A stretch of 34,110 nucleotides of DNA from a bacterium (GTDB taxonomy: Bacteria; Patescibacteriota; Minisyncoccia; UBA6257; Colwellbacteraceae): assembly GCA_043808035.1 (NCBI GenBank), contig JAZDFH010000028.1:1-34110 (forward strand), read 5' to 3'. A program made the translations under genes and the position numbers. Position 1 is the stretch's first letter, and every line of letters begins with the position of its first letter. The notes under the pieces are model-generated. The model had not been told where the DNA came from and searched no databases. It was given only the letters and a program-made list of their open reading frames with translations. This document shows, piece by piece, positions 7,713 through 17,572 of the stretch.

Positions 7713-9308
7713 TCATAGCTTATAACTAACGTCAACGTTTATACGATCATCATTATCAGGTACTCTCCGAACCCAAAAAGGCCATAAACGAACTTCTGCC
7801 GACTTAATGCCAGGAAGCGAAAAAATAAGCGCTTTTATCTCATCCTTATCTTTATTTACCGCTTCCTTCTTAAATGCTGCGAGATCAAATGCCCTTGCCC
7901 ATACAGTCGCAATATGTGCATTTGCATGAACCTGCGTCTTAGAGAAATCAACACCTACATCGTTCGGTACAGTGATAGAATACTCTTCTAATACAAAATC
8001 TCCCGTACCTTTCTCCATTTGTTTGGTCAATAATGACTTAAAATCGTCTTCACGAAATCCAAACGCACGAGCTTCACCATACAAAGTGACCGAGAACTCT
8101 CCCTTTTCATTAACATTACGATCAATCACTTCATCAACAACAGATATCTCGATCATGTCCCCCGCAACTACAATGTCATCCGGCACATTCGACAAAATTG
8201 CGGTTTTTAACACCTCAAACAAAGATTCCTTTGCTTGTTTCCGTGCTTCTAATACATCATCATTAGTCGGCAAAGCGGTTTCTCCAATAAAACCTCCTGT
8301 AATTGGAATTTCGGATGAAGCATAAAATCCGTCATATCGAGACGTTCCTTCAAATCCAGGTATAGTAAATCGAGAGACCGGACCACTATTATATGTATCT
8401 CCCGGCCCATCTGCCACAACCGAAACCGTGACCCCCTGCGGTACAAGTTTGTTCCCTGTCTTAATCGCTCCAGGAACAGTAATTTTATCTTCAATACGAT
8501 ATATTTTACCATCAGGTGACTCAATCCGTGTATTCGCCACAAGAAGCTGTGGATTCGTGTCAAATACATTATATACCGTAACCTTCCCTTTCGCCTTTCT
8601 CTCAACCTTACCTCGATCATTTGCAAGATGTACTTGAGTAGCCTCCTTCTTCTCTGTAAGCACCATACCTGGAAGCGTTATAGCCGTATCCCCCAAATTT
8701 GCAGACTGTTTTTCTAAATCAATCAATAATTCTGTATCAAAATTCCATGCCGATCGTTCAAAAACCAAGTTCATATTCGCACGTGGCAACAAAAAGCCCG
8801 CAATCGAAATAACACCGACAATAAGGGCTGTTGCACCAAGCGCAAGCGAAAAACGCCTCCAACTCCATATCCGTGAGCTTGCAGTTACAAAAGCGGGGAA
8901 TCGACGCCCTTTCTTCAACGTTGTCTCCGCCACAGTTCCTTGCGACTTACTTTCCGGCATATCAGGTACTGCCGCAACTGTGTCGTTTTCCTCATTAACA
9001 TCCACGACAGAACGCATCACAATGTCTGTTACAGCCTTCTTCCCACGACCGAAAAAAGGATTGACTGCATGAAGACCAATTGCATCAGCGAGTGTTAAAA
9101 TATCATCATCAACCGATTCAATAATCAATGATTTCCCCGCTGTTTCCGACTCGCGTTTAATAAGACTAAGTGTATGCTCCGAATGACCAATCAATGCTCC
9201 CCGAGGGATATAAAGTCGTATTTGCGTATCATTCGATTGTAATATTTTTTCAATAACTGCAGGAGCTGATTCCGTTTTGTTGATATAAATCTTTCTTCCA
9301 CTATTCAT
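7713..9308 (-). CDS. Membrane-anchored protein with a baseplate J/gp47-like extracellular region
   Basis: Cytoplasmic N-domain, a linker, one TM helix (FSLALGATALIVGVISIAGFLLP), then the 'KAKG.VT.YN...V.A...G..YN...TGG' pattern recalled from baseplate-J-like CPR proteins. Start set at ATG 9308, downstream of a promoter motif. Confidence 0.65.
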   Translation of the reverse strand: MNSGRKIYINKTESAPAVIEKILQSNDTQIRLYIPRGALIGHSEHTLSLIKRESETAGKSLIIESVDDDILTLADAIGLHAVNPFFGRGKKAVTDIVMRSVVDVNEENDTVAAVPDMPESKSQGTVAETTLKKGRRFPAFVTASSRIWSWRRFSLALGATALIVGVISIAGFLLPRANMNLVFERSAWNFDTELLIDLEKQSANLGDTAITLPGMVLTEKKEATQVHLANDRGKVERKAKGKVTVYNVFDTNPQLLVANTRIESPDGKIYRIEDKITVPGAIKTGNKLVPQGVTVSVVADGPGDTYNSGPVSRFTIPGFEGTSRYDGFYASSEIPITGGFIGETALPTNDDVLEARKQAKESLFEVLKTAILSNVPDDIVVAGDMIEISVVDEVIDRNVNEKGEFSVTLYGEARAFGFREDDFKSLLTKQMEKGTGDFVLEEYSITVPNDVGVDFSKTQVHANAHIATVWARAFDLAAFKKEAVNKDKDEIKALIFSLPGIKSAEVRLWPFWVRRVPDNDDRINVDVSYKL

Positions 9309-9317
9309 TGCAGTTTC

Positions 9318-9346
9318 ACTATACCACCGAGAAGAAAACAAGTGAA
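9318..9346 (-). promoter_or_regulatory. Candidate promoter with extended -10 for the baseplate-J-like gene
   Basis: TTCACT, 17-nt spacer, TATAGT (TGgTATAGT), 9 nt upstream of ATG 9308. Confidence 0.45.
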
Positions 9347-9427
9347 GACTTGAAAAAATGAGTAAAGATAAAGAATCAAATCATTTCTTTCCGACAAATA
9401 AACACACTGCCGCTCGCTTAAGTTGTT

Positions 9428-10339
9428 TTATGCGTTCATCAACCACTTTACCCTCCGCCCAGCTATCTGATTTAATTCAGCATAAGCTCCTGTTTGTATC
9501 TCAATAACAAATGTCTCAATCGGATCAACCGCCACCTGGACAAATGAGACCTTATTTCCCCCTATTAAAAAACGTTTTGCATATATCTCCTTCGGCAAGG
9601 GGAAGCTTAACAAATAAAAATTGACCGGCGCGTCTTGTTTGATTGAAGACATATTTTTTAGAATCCCTCCAATACCTCGCAAAAATATCGAAAACGAATC
9701 GTTGAAAATCACATCCAATTTTCGTTTCAAATGATCTGAAACTTTCCCATAAATATATTGCTCATAGACTACTCCACTAACATCTTCAGGTAACATACAA
9801 GCATCTTGAAACATCTGTGCAAGCGGTTTCTTCCCCCACAAGAAAGAATCTATATATGTAGCCCTTTTATCAGTCGCTACATACAATGCGGTTATATCTT
9901 TAGTACTCCAAACAAAAACAAATGGATAAGTGGCATATTTCCGAGCCAGTGAATACACATAAACCGCACCAGGTTCAAAAAGATATTTCCCTGGTACTGC
10001 CTTCGCTTTCGAAATAAACGTAATCCCCATAGTGAATTCAATTTTTTTACCACTAAATCCATGAGGATTGATAATATGATGCCCGTCAATCTTAACACCG
10101 GTAACAACCACTGTCGCTAAATATACTTCCAAATCATCAATGCCCAACTGTATAGCAGCAACGTGGCGATTTTCATCAAAAAGTTTCCATATTGCCTGTG
10201 CAATATGATTCTCTATATCAATCGTGGTTAGTATTTCTTTATAATGTTCTCTCTCTATTTCAGTGGAAGCAAACAAGGTCACTGCCGAATCAAAATTCCA
10301 TAATTCATACGATAATGGTTGTTGTACATCGTTCTGCAT
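9428..10339 (-). CDS. Highly divergent, N-terminally shortened FtsA-like protein
   Basis: KIDGHHIINPHGFSGKKIE resembles the FtsA 1C-subdomain 'IDG....NP.G..G..LE' motif, and the C-terminus NQIAGRRVKWL is amphipathic. The phosphate-1 and phosphate-2 motifs are not recognisable. Confidence 0.5.
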   Translation of the reverse strand: MQNDVQQPLSYELWNFDSAVTLFASTEIEREHYKEILTTIDIENHIAQAIWKLFDENRHVAAIQLGIDDLEVYLATVVVTGVKIDGHHIINPHGFSGKKIEFTMGITFISKAKAVPGKYLFEPGAVYVYSLARKYATYPFVFVWSTKDITALYVATDKRATYIDSFLWGKKPLAQMFQDACMLPEDVSGVVYEQYIYGKVSDHLKRKLDVIFNDSFSIFLRGIGGILKNMSSIKQDAPVNFYLLSFPLPKEIYAKRFLIGGNKVSFVQVAVDPIETFVIEIQTGAYAELNQIAGRRVKWLMNA

Positions 10340-10459
10340 ATTATGTTATATCATATCACAAAAAATGGTTATTATATTTTTATTAAGGAAACACACAACT
10401 ACTACACATCTCTCTTGTATTATATTTCATAAAATAACCCCTAATACGGCTCCAAGGGC

Positions 10460-12322
10460 TTATTCTAAGAATAATATCCATACTGCGCCTCGGTCAGCTC
10501 CCCCATCATCGTCTGTAAACGCATTAACTGCAATGTCATCTACTCCATTACCATCTAAATCACCTAATGATGCAACAGCTCCACCAAAAAAATCATTATT
10601 ATCCAAACCTCCAGTAAAGTTACCTTCTGTGTCGCTTATTTTTTGGTGCGATTTTACAGTGCCATCTGTGTCGAGGAAGAGTATCCATACCGCACCTCGA
10701 CTGATTCCGCCGTCATCGTCCTGATGTGCTCCAACCGCAATATCTCCTACTCCATCGCCATCAAGATCGCCTAATGACGAAACAGATATGCCAAAATTAT
10801 CCCAATCATCCAATGTCCCTGTGAAATTCCCTACAATATCGTTGATCTTCTGGTATGATTTCACAGTACCGTCTGTGTCGAGAAATAGTACCCAAACTGC
10901 ACCTCGGCCACCTCCTCCATCGCGATCGTTAGACGCACCCACTACAATATCCCCTATACCATCACCGTCTAAATCACCTAATGATGCAATATCTGTACCA
11001 AAATACACAACATCATCCAAAATTCCAGTAAAGCTACCTTCAGTGTCGCTTATTTTTTGGTGCGATTTTACAGTGCCATCTGTGTCGAGGAAGAGTATCC
11101 ATACTGCGCCTCGAGAACCTCCTCCATCGTCGTCTTCTGCTGCACCCACCGCAATGTCCCCTACTCCATCACCATCAAGGTCGCCTAACAACGAAACAGA
11201 ATAACCAAAATAATCACTATCATCTAATACTCCAGCGAAGTTGCCTTCGGTATCACTTATCTTCTGGTGCGATTTTACTGTGCCATCTGTATCGAGAAAT
11301 AGTATCCATACTGCACCTCGGTTAGTACCGCTATCATCGTCTGATGTTGCACCCACCGCAATGTCCCCTACTCCATCGCCATCAAGATCTCCTAATAACG
11401 CAATAGCACGGCCAAAATAATCCCCATCATCTAACACCCCAGTAAAATTACCTTCTGTATCGCTTATCTTCTGATGTGACTTTACGGTGCCGTCTGTGTC
11501 GAGGAAGAGTATCCATACTGCGCCTCGGTTAGCTCCTCCATCGTCATCCGTGTATGTACCCACCGCAATATCTTCCGCTCCGTCACCATCAAGGTCACCT
11601 AACAATGCAATTGGCCTACCGAACCAATCATAATCATCTAATGTTCCAGCAAAGTTTCCTTGAGTATCACTTATCTTCTGGTGCGATTTTACTGTGCCTG
11701 CTACAATCGTAACAATAGGAGAAAAAATAACTGGTGATGTTTCGTAATAATCTTCGCTTGTTCCTCCGTCTTCAATCGTAAGTGATGCATACTTTGTCGA
11801 TTCAATCGGGGTAAACAATGAATATTCGCCGAATTCAAGGCCCTTGCTATAAGCGTAATAATTATTAATTGTGTTATCGGGATCTACTGGCAAAATTGAC
11901 AGCAAAGAAGGCATACTTGTCATGTTTGAAAACTCTATTGGCAACCAACCGCTTCCGTCAATTTTCCGTATATCTATACCATCTGCCATACAACGATACT
12001 CCCAACCACCAGACAACGCGGGAAGGGTTGGATATTCTCCAGACTCTCGACAATCATCATCTAAAATGCCATTCGTATCTGGCAACGAAAGATATACTTT
12101 GCCGTTTTCGGTATTATCAATAGGATCTCCCGAAAACAAAGCAAGTTCGATTGCGCCATCGAGAGTCTTAAGATCAGTAACGCGTTTACCGTCTCTTGAC
12201 TGGGCTAATTTCTGTACTGGATTTAGTACAACAATAGCTACTGTTGCAAGAATCAAAACGATTACAACAACCATCGAAATTTCGATAAGAGTAAATCCCT
12301 TTCTATTTTTTGCGTTAGTCAT
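10460..12322 (-). CDS. Type IV pilin-like protein with a C-terminal FG-GAP (integrin-alpha-like beta-propeller) repeat domain
   Basis: Class III signal KG|FTLIE plus a hydrophobic helix. The pilin head carries RD.KR..DL, GWLP and LPVDP motifs and a Cys pair. Six FG...GDLDGDG..DIAVGA...GAVWILF repeats follow. Confidence 0.88.
   Translation of the reverse strand: MTNAKNRKGFTLIEISMVVVIVLILATVAIVVLNPVQKLAQSRDGKRVTDLKTLDGAIELALFSGDPIDNTENGKVYLSLPDTNGILDDDCRESGEYPTLPALSGGWEYRCMADGIDIRKIDGSGWLPIEFSNMTSMPSLLSILPVDPDNTINNYYAYSKGLEFGEYSLFTPIESTKYASLTIEDGGTSEDYYETSPVIFSPIVTIVAGTVKSHQKISDTQGNFAGTLDDYDWFGRPIALLGDLDGDGAEDIAVGTYTDDDGGANRGAVWILFLDTDGTVKSHQKISDTEGNFTGVLDDGDYFGRAIALLGDLDGDGVGDIAVGATSDDDSGTNRGAVWILFLDTDGTVKSHQKISDTEGNFAGVLDDSDYFGYSVSLLGDLDGDGVGDIAVGAAEDDDGGGSRGAVWILFLDTDGTVKSHQKISDTEGSFTGILDDVVYFGTDIASLGDLDGDGIGDIVVGASNDRDGGGGRGAVWVLFLDTDGTVKSYQKINDIVGNFTGTLDDWDNFGISVSSLGDLDGDGVGDIAVGAHQDDDGGISRGAVWILFLDTDGTVKSHQKISDTEGNFTGGLDNNDFFGGAVASLGDLDGNGVDDIAVNAFTDDDGGADRGAVWILFLE
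10463..11698 (-). repeat. Six tandem 207-nt (69-aa) intragenic repeats; the last is 67 aa
   Basis: Units start at 11698, 11491, 11284, 11077, 10870 and 10663. A 62-nt block is identical at 10629-10690 and 11043-11104 (offset 2 x 207). Confidence 0.95.
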
Positions 12323-12400
12323 AAAAAAATAAAATGTTTATGTTTTTTTAATATAAACTAAGTATAGCATAAAAGATCAATGCAGCTTGCCTACTAAAAC

Positions 12401-14347
12401 CTATTCTAAAACCGCCTTAATGCGACGTATGCCTGCCGCAACAGATTCTTCCTTCTTAATACGAAACTTGCCCAAATTACCAATATGTTCAACATGTGGC
12501 CCACCACAAATTTCGAAGCTAAAAGGTTTTTCTTCTGAACCAATCTTGTAAACACGAACTTGCTCTGAATATCTATCATCAAACACTCCCATAGCCCCAC
12601 TTTTTTTTGCTTCTGCAAGAGACATATCTTTGTATGCAACTAATAAATTAGCTTTTATAGCATCATTTACTATATTCTCCACTTTCTGTTTTTCTTCTTC
12701 AGCCATTTTTGCTGTATGTGAAAAATCAAATCGAATACGTTCTGCAGTGATATTACTCCCCCGCTGCTCGATATGATTACCTAGTACGCAACGAAGTGCA
12801 GCAAGAAGTAAATGTGTTGCCGTATGATATTTCACGGTCATCTCGCCTTGATCAGCAAGTCCTCCCTTAAATTTTTGTTCCGAACCAACACGAGAAAGCT
12901 CACGATGTTTTTTAAATTCACTCCAAAAAATTTTAGTCGCTGTTTTCTGCTGATCTTCAGATAAAAGCTTTGGAAATTTCATTTCGTTACGAATTCTATC
13001 TATCTCTTCAAGACTCACCTCTAAAGGAAGTCCATGTGTAGTAAAAAGATAAAACAATTGTTTTCCAAGCTGCTCATATTTAGAGAATTGTCCGTTTTCG
13101 ATTTCTTTAAGCAAAGGGACCGCAATTTTTCTGAGTTCCTTGAGCCCTTTTTCCAAAGTCTTTCTAAACCTTTTCTCTTCCTCGATTATCGCAGAAATAA
13201 TTATTTCTTTATTCCTTAAAATAGAGCCATATACATATCCATATGCTTCAATAACTCCTTCCGATATCTTTGCAAGCGCCATAGAAGAAATCCCTAATAT
13301 ATCACTATATAGTACCGAACGCCGAAGCAATCGCCTCAAAACATATCCCTGATCAGTATTCGAGGGCAAAATACCTGCATCTAAAACAAAAACTGACGCA
13401 CGTATATGATCAGCAATAATACGAAAAGCCTTCTTCTCATCATGACCGCTTGCCGAATATGTTTTACCGGACGCTTTCTCAATGCGTTCAATGATAGGGA
13501 TATATAAATCTGTCTTAAAAATATCATCAGTCCCTTCCGAAACCGCAGCGATACGTTCCAGTCCTCCACCAAAGTCAACATTTTGTTTAGCAAGTTTCTC
13601 AAACGTTCCATTCGTAACTTTTTGATATTCCATAAAGACTGAATTACCTATTTCGAGAAATCTCCCACAATCACAATTCGGGTGACAATGTTTTCCAAAT
13701 TTCGAGTCATGCGAAATATGTTCAAATTCGTAAAAAATCTCTGAGTCAGGTCCTCCCAGCTCTCCTGTCGGCATATTCTTCGGGACACCTGCGCGACTCC
13801 ACCAATTTTTATCTCCATAGTAAAAAATTCGTCCGCCTTGCATACCACACGCTGCTCCGCGTTCTTCGGTCACTAACTCAATATCACTTGCATCAATACC
13901 CTTCTGTGCGAACAATTCTTTCCATATAGAAACAGCTTCTTCGTCTTTCGGTATCCCGAATTCTTCATTGCCGGCGAAAACCGTTACATACAATCTTTGA
14001 GGATCAAGTCCAACCTCATCTATTAAAAAAGAAAAAATCCACGGGAGCTGTTCTTTCTTGAAATAGTCTCCCAAAGACCAATTCCCCAGCATTTCGAAAA
14101 ACGTGGTATGTCGATTATCTCCCACATCATCAATATCTTCAGCGCGAAATGATTTTTGCGAATTAACCAACCTGCTGCCTGCAGGATGCTGTTCCCCTAA
14201 TAGATATGGAACAAGTGGCTGCATCCCAGAACCCGTAAACAATGTTGTTGGGTCATTCTCGGGAACAACAGGAGCTGAAGGGATTATGGTATGGCCTTTC
14301 TGTTGAAAAAACGATAAATACTGTTTTCGAATGTCATTCGCATTCAT
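12401..14347 (-). CDS. alaS: Alanine--tRNA ligase, short form lacking the C-Ala domain
   Basis: RH.TFFEMLGNWS.GDYFK, EIGN.VFM and GLERI motifs. Editing motifs HTATH and CGGPH are present, and the protein ends at GIRRIKAVLE. Confidence 0.96.
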   Translation of the reverse strand: MNANDIRKQYLSFFQQKGHTIIPSAPVVPENDPTTLFTGSGMQPLVPYLLGEQHPAGSRLVNSQKSFRAEDIDDVGDNRHTTFFEMLGNWSLGDYFKKEQLPWIFSFLIDEVGLDPQRLYVTVFAGNEEFGIPKDEEAVSIWKELFAQKGIDASDIELVTEERGAACGMQGGRIFYYGDKNWWSRAGVPKNMPTGELGGPDSEIFYEFEHISHDSKFGKHCHPNCDCGRFLEIGNSVFMEYQKVTNGTFEKLAKQNVDFGGGLERIAAVSEGTDDIFKTDLYIPIIERIEKASGKTYSASGHDEKKAFRIIADHIRASVFVLDAGILPSNTDQGYVLRRLLRRSVLYSDILGISSMALAKISEGVIEAYGYVYGSILRNKEIIISAIIEEEKRFRKTLEKGLKELRKIAVPLLKEIENGQFSKYEQLGKQLFYLFTTHGLPLEVSLEEIDRIRNEMKFPKLLSEDQQKTATKIFWSEFKKHRELSRVGSEQKFKGGLADQGEMTVKYHTATHLLLAALRCVLGNHIEQRGSNITAERIRFDFSHTAKMAEEEKQKVENIVNDAIKANLLVAYKDMSLAEAKKSGAMGVFDDRYSEQVRVYKIGSEEKPFSFEICGGPHVEHIGNLGKFRIKKEESVAAGIRRIKAVLE

Positions 14348-14353
14348 AATGTC

Positions 14354-15727
14354 TTAGTAATATTCACCTAATTTATCAGCGCTCCGATGGAGACGAATAC
14401 GTTCAAGCGCTTTTGCTTCAATCTGCCGAATACGTTCACGAGTAACACCGAAGACCTTCCCCACTTCTTCGAGTGTATGTGTCACTCCATCTTCAAGCCC
14501 GAATCGCATTTCCAAGATTTTACGTTCCCGCCCGGTCAAATCAGACATAATTTCTTTTATCTGATCACGCAACAATTCATGTGATGTCGTTTGAGACGGT
14601 GTTAGATTTTTATCATCTTTAATAAAGTCAGCACGAACAGATTTTTCATCATCACCTCCGATCGGAGACTCAAGAGAAACAACTGATTGAGAAATTTTTT
14701 CAATATATCGTACTTTATCAACAGGAAATCCCATCTCGATCGCTATCTCTTCCGTAAGGGGCTCACGTCCAAGCTCTTGCGATAATTTTCTTTTCACCTG
14801 TGTATATTTGGAAATAGTCTCAACCATATGCACAGGGATACGAATCGTACGCGATTGATCAGCAAGAGCACGGGTAATCGCTTGACGTATCCACCATGTC
14901 GCATATGTCGAAAATTTGAATCCTCTACGGTAATCAAACTTCTCAACAGCCTTAAACAATCCGATATTTCCTTCTTGGATTAAATCGGAAATACCCAACG
15001 GGCCACGATTGATATATCTCTTCGCAATAGAAACAACAAGACGTAAATTCGACTTAATAAGACGTTGACGCGCATCTTCATCTCCTTTCAAAATCCTCTT
15101 TGCAAGATCTTTCTCTTCAACAGGCTTCAACAACGGTGTTTTTCCAATTTCTTTCAAATACATTTGAATCGTATCGGGAACTTGTCCTGGAATTTTTGTC
15201 GCCTCTTGCAATTCTTTCTCACTGACTTCATCAATAGATGTCTGCAAAAGAGACTCTACTTCAACCACTTTGATCGCGGCATTGTCTAATCGATTATAAA
15301 TTTCTTCCAGATATTCAAGATCATTTTCAATACGAGGGAAATAATCAAGAATTTCAAGATTTGTGACAAATCCTTTCGTTTTACCCCTTTCAATAAGCTC
15401 CTCAAGTGAATGTTCGAGCTCTTCAGTTTCCTCTGCAGTTCTCAACAAATCTTTCCCCTTTTTAACTATCTCTTGATTCGTATCTTTTCCTCCTCCACCA
15501 ATAGTCCTTGCGGTTTTAACTTTTTTCTCCGATTGGACAGACGAAGATGTCTTCTCTGATTTTATTATTTTTTTCGTAACAACAGGCTTCTTACCATTAT
15601 CCTTTTTTATACCTTTTGCACATGTTTTTGTGCATTTTGGTGTGCATTTTGCACTCTTTTTGACTGCCGATAGGGCAGCCTTTTTGGTCGTTGTCTTCTT
15701 CAATTGTGGCTTTTTATTTTTTGCCAT
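14354..15727 (-). CDS. rpoD: Primary sigma factor RpoD/SigA with a Lys-rich N-terminal extension
   Basis: Region 1.1 (LIERGK.KGFVT..EI), region 1.2 ([10 protein letters not shown]), [28 protein letters not shown], and [17 protein letters not shown]. Lies downstream of dnaG. Confidence 0.96.
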   Translation of the reverse strand: MAKNKKPQLKKTTTKKAALSAVKKSAKCTPKCTKTCAKGIKKDNGKKPVVTKKIIKSEKTSSSVQSEKKVKTARTIGGGGKDTNQEIVKKGKDLLRTAEETEELEHSLEELIERGKTKGFVTNLEILDYFPRIENDLEYLEEIYNRLDNAAIKVVEVESLLQTSIDEVSEKELQEATKIPGQVPDTIQMYLKEIGKTPLLKPVEEKDLAKRILKGDEDARQRLIKSNLRLVVSIAKRYINRGPLGISDLIQEGNIGLFKAVEKFDYRRGFKFSTYATWWIRQAITRALADQSRTIRIPVHMVETISKYTQVKRKLSQELGREPLTEEIAIEMGFPVDKVRYIEKISQSVVSLESPIGGDDEKSVRADFIKDDKNLTPSQTTSHELLRDQIKEIMSDLTGRERKILEMRFGLEDGVTHTLEEVGKVFGVTRERIRQIEAKALERIRLHRSADKLGEYY

Positions 15728-17456
15728 TCTTTATATCTTGCATTTTTCTTGATATATCGTCAAACTGACATAAATATTTTCGAAGAGCTTCTTCATCCCC
15801 TCCTGTTTCCGCTTGAGTGATACATCGTCTCATATCTTCCAATTCTTTTTTATAGTACTCTACTATAAGCTCTCGCGTTAATACAACAAACTCATCTTCA
15901 GAAGAAAAAACCGAACTATTAATAATAAGCGTAGCGTGCAGTTGCATCCTGTCCAGTAATTCTCGTACCGTACTATCCCCTTCCATCGATTTAACTAAAA
16001 CGTCATACGCCTTTTGATACAATTCAGGTAAAAAATGATAACTTTCTGACAAGCGTTCCAAAAGAGATTGATTGAGATGAGCTAATTCAAAAAGTTGCCA
16101 TGCAATCTTTCCGATACGGTCTTTCGGCAAAAAAGAGTCTTCTTCTTGCAATTGTGTATCTTTTTTATCTATAGTGCGAATCATTGATAATTGCTGTTCT
16201 CCTAAAGAATCCATTTCGGCAAATAAATCTTTTTCAGAAAATCCAACCTTAAAACTTAACTCCTTAACCCAATAAGCTCTGTCGATAGAACTACCGAGTT
16301 TCTTTATCTTACCCAATGTCTTCCGAATTCCTTGTTTCTTGCTTTCTATCGTTCCATTCTGTAAATAGGTAGAAAAATAATATTCCATTGCCGATTGAGC
16401 ATTGGCAATCCTTTCGGCAATATACCCTGATTGTGCAATAACAGCATCCGCAGGATCTTTAAACTCCGTCAACGGGACAATCTTCACTGAAAAGTCAAAC
16501 TCCCCTGCCAAATCAATCCCTCGCTCCGCCGCCATACGTCCGGCATCATCATTATCAAAAATCAATACGATGGTATCGGCAAATCGCCGTAGTGTCCGAA
16601 GATGATCAACTGTTAAAGCAGTCCCCGAACTTGCAATAGTATTAGTTACCGCATCACGGTACAACATTAAAAAATCCATCTGCCCCTCTACAATTATGAC
16701 GGTATTTTTCTCACGTACAAAACTCTTACTCTGCCAAAATCCGTACAGTAAACGTGATTTATTAAAAATCGGTGTTTCCGGACTATTCACATATTTTCCC
16801 ATTTCACCCGTATCAAGCTCCGGTAAAATCCGTCCTGAAAAACCCACTACTTTACCAAAATGATTATGTATAGGAAACATTATTCTCCCTCTGAATCTAT
16901 CAAGGTATTTCCCCTTTTCCGTCCGAAACGCAAGCCCTGCGCGCACAATATCCTCAATCTTAAAACCTTGCCGTGAAAGAGATATAACGAGAGTATCATA
17001 TCCCTGTGGAGCAAAGCCTATTTCGAAAAGCTGTACTATATCATTTCCCAAGCCACGTGTTTTTACATATTCCTGTGCCCGTTCCGAGTTCTCAAACATT
17101 TCTCGAAACAAATCACAAGCAGCACGGTTGATATCATACAAAACACCAAATTGTTGATGATCTGCAGGACTTGATCTTCGAAGATCAACTCCTGCTTTTT
17201 CGGCAAGTAACTTCAAAGCCTCCGAAAATTCAAGATTCTCATATTTCATCACAAATGTAAAAATATCACCTCCTTCTCCACAACCGAAACAATGCCATAC
17301 CTGACGTTCTGGAGACACCATAAAAGAAGGAGTACGTTCGCCATGAAACGGACACCGTGCTTTAAAATTGCGTCCTGCCGGCTGCAACTCAATATATCCT
17401 TTGATAATATCGACAATATCTAATTTTTCTTTGATTTCTTCCGATGGGAGCGTCAT
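15714..17456 (-). CDS. dnaG: DNA primase
   Basis: CPFH.E.TPSF...CFGC zinc finger, [24 protein letters not shown], and the FDND.AG TOPRIM motif. Confidence 0.97.
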   Translation of the reverse strand: MTLPSEEIKEKLDIVDIIKGYIELQPAGRNFKARCPFHGERTPSFMVSPERQVWHCFGCGEGGDIFTFVMKYENLEFSEALKLLAEKAGVDLRRSSPADHQQFGVLYDINRAACDLFREMFENSERAQEYVKTRGLGNDIVQLFEIGFAPQGYDTLVISLSRQGFKIEDIVRAGLAFRTEKGKYLDRFRGRIMFPIHNHFGKVVGFSGRILPELDTGEMGKYVNSPETPIFNKSRLLYGFWQSKSFVREKNTVIIVEGQMDFLMLYRDAVTNTIASSGTALTVDHLRTLRRFADTIVLIFDNDDAGRMAAERGIDLAGEFDFSVKIVPLTEFKDPADAVIAQSGYIAERIANAQSAMEYYFSTYLQNGTIESKKQGIRKTLGKIKKLGSSIDRAYWVKELSFKVGFSEKDLFAEMDSLGEQQLSMIRTIDKKDTQLQEEDSFLPKDRIGKIAWQLFELAHLNQSLLERLSESYHFLPELYQKAYDVLVKSMEGDSTVRELLDRMQLHATLIINSSVFSSEDEFVVLTRELIVEYYKKELEDMRRCITQAETGGDEEALRKYLCQFDDISRKMQDIKNGKK

Positions 17457-17572
17457 ATTATTCTTGTTTAAATACTATAAAAACTTACAGTATATGCAAT
17501 CATATCTGTTAGCTCTAGTGTAACTATTATATACATGGGTGTATATACCAATATCCACTCAATAGTCAACCA

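Noticed and set aside
7713-9308. Prophage or contractile injection system suggested by the baseplate-J-like gene
   Set aside because: There are no sheath, tube, spike, terminase or integrase genes. The protein has a TM anchor and sits among core genes.
10463-11698. Repeat array as a CRISPR or a DGR template/variable pair
   Set aside because: The units are in-frame 207-nt coding repeats with no spacers. There is no cas or reverse transcriptase gene in the window, and the differences are not confined to adenines.
10263-12332. Plus-strand ORFs 10263-10724, 10788-11204 and 11871-12332
   Set aside because: They are antisense shadows of the pilin/FG-GAP gene, and their repetitiveness just mirrors the sense repeats.
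17528-17550. TATATACA-TGGG-TGTATATA palindrome upstream of dnaG
   Set aside because: It is short and low-complexity, and overlaps a probable promoter. It could be chance in AT-rich DNA.
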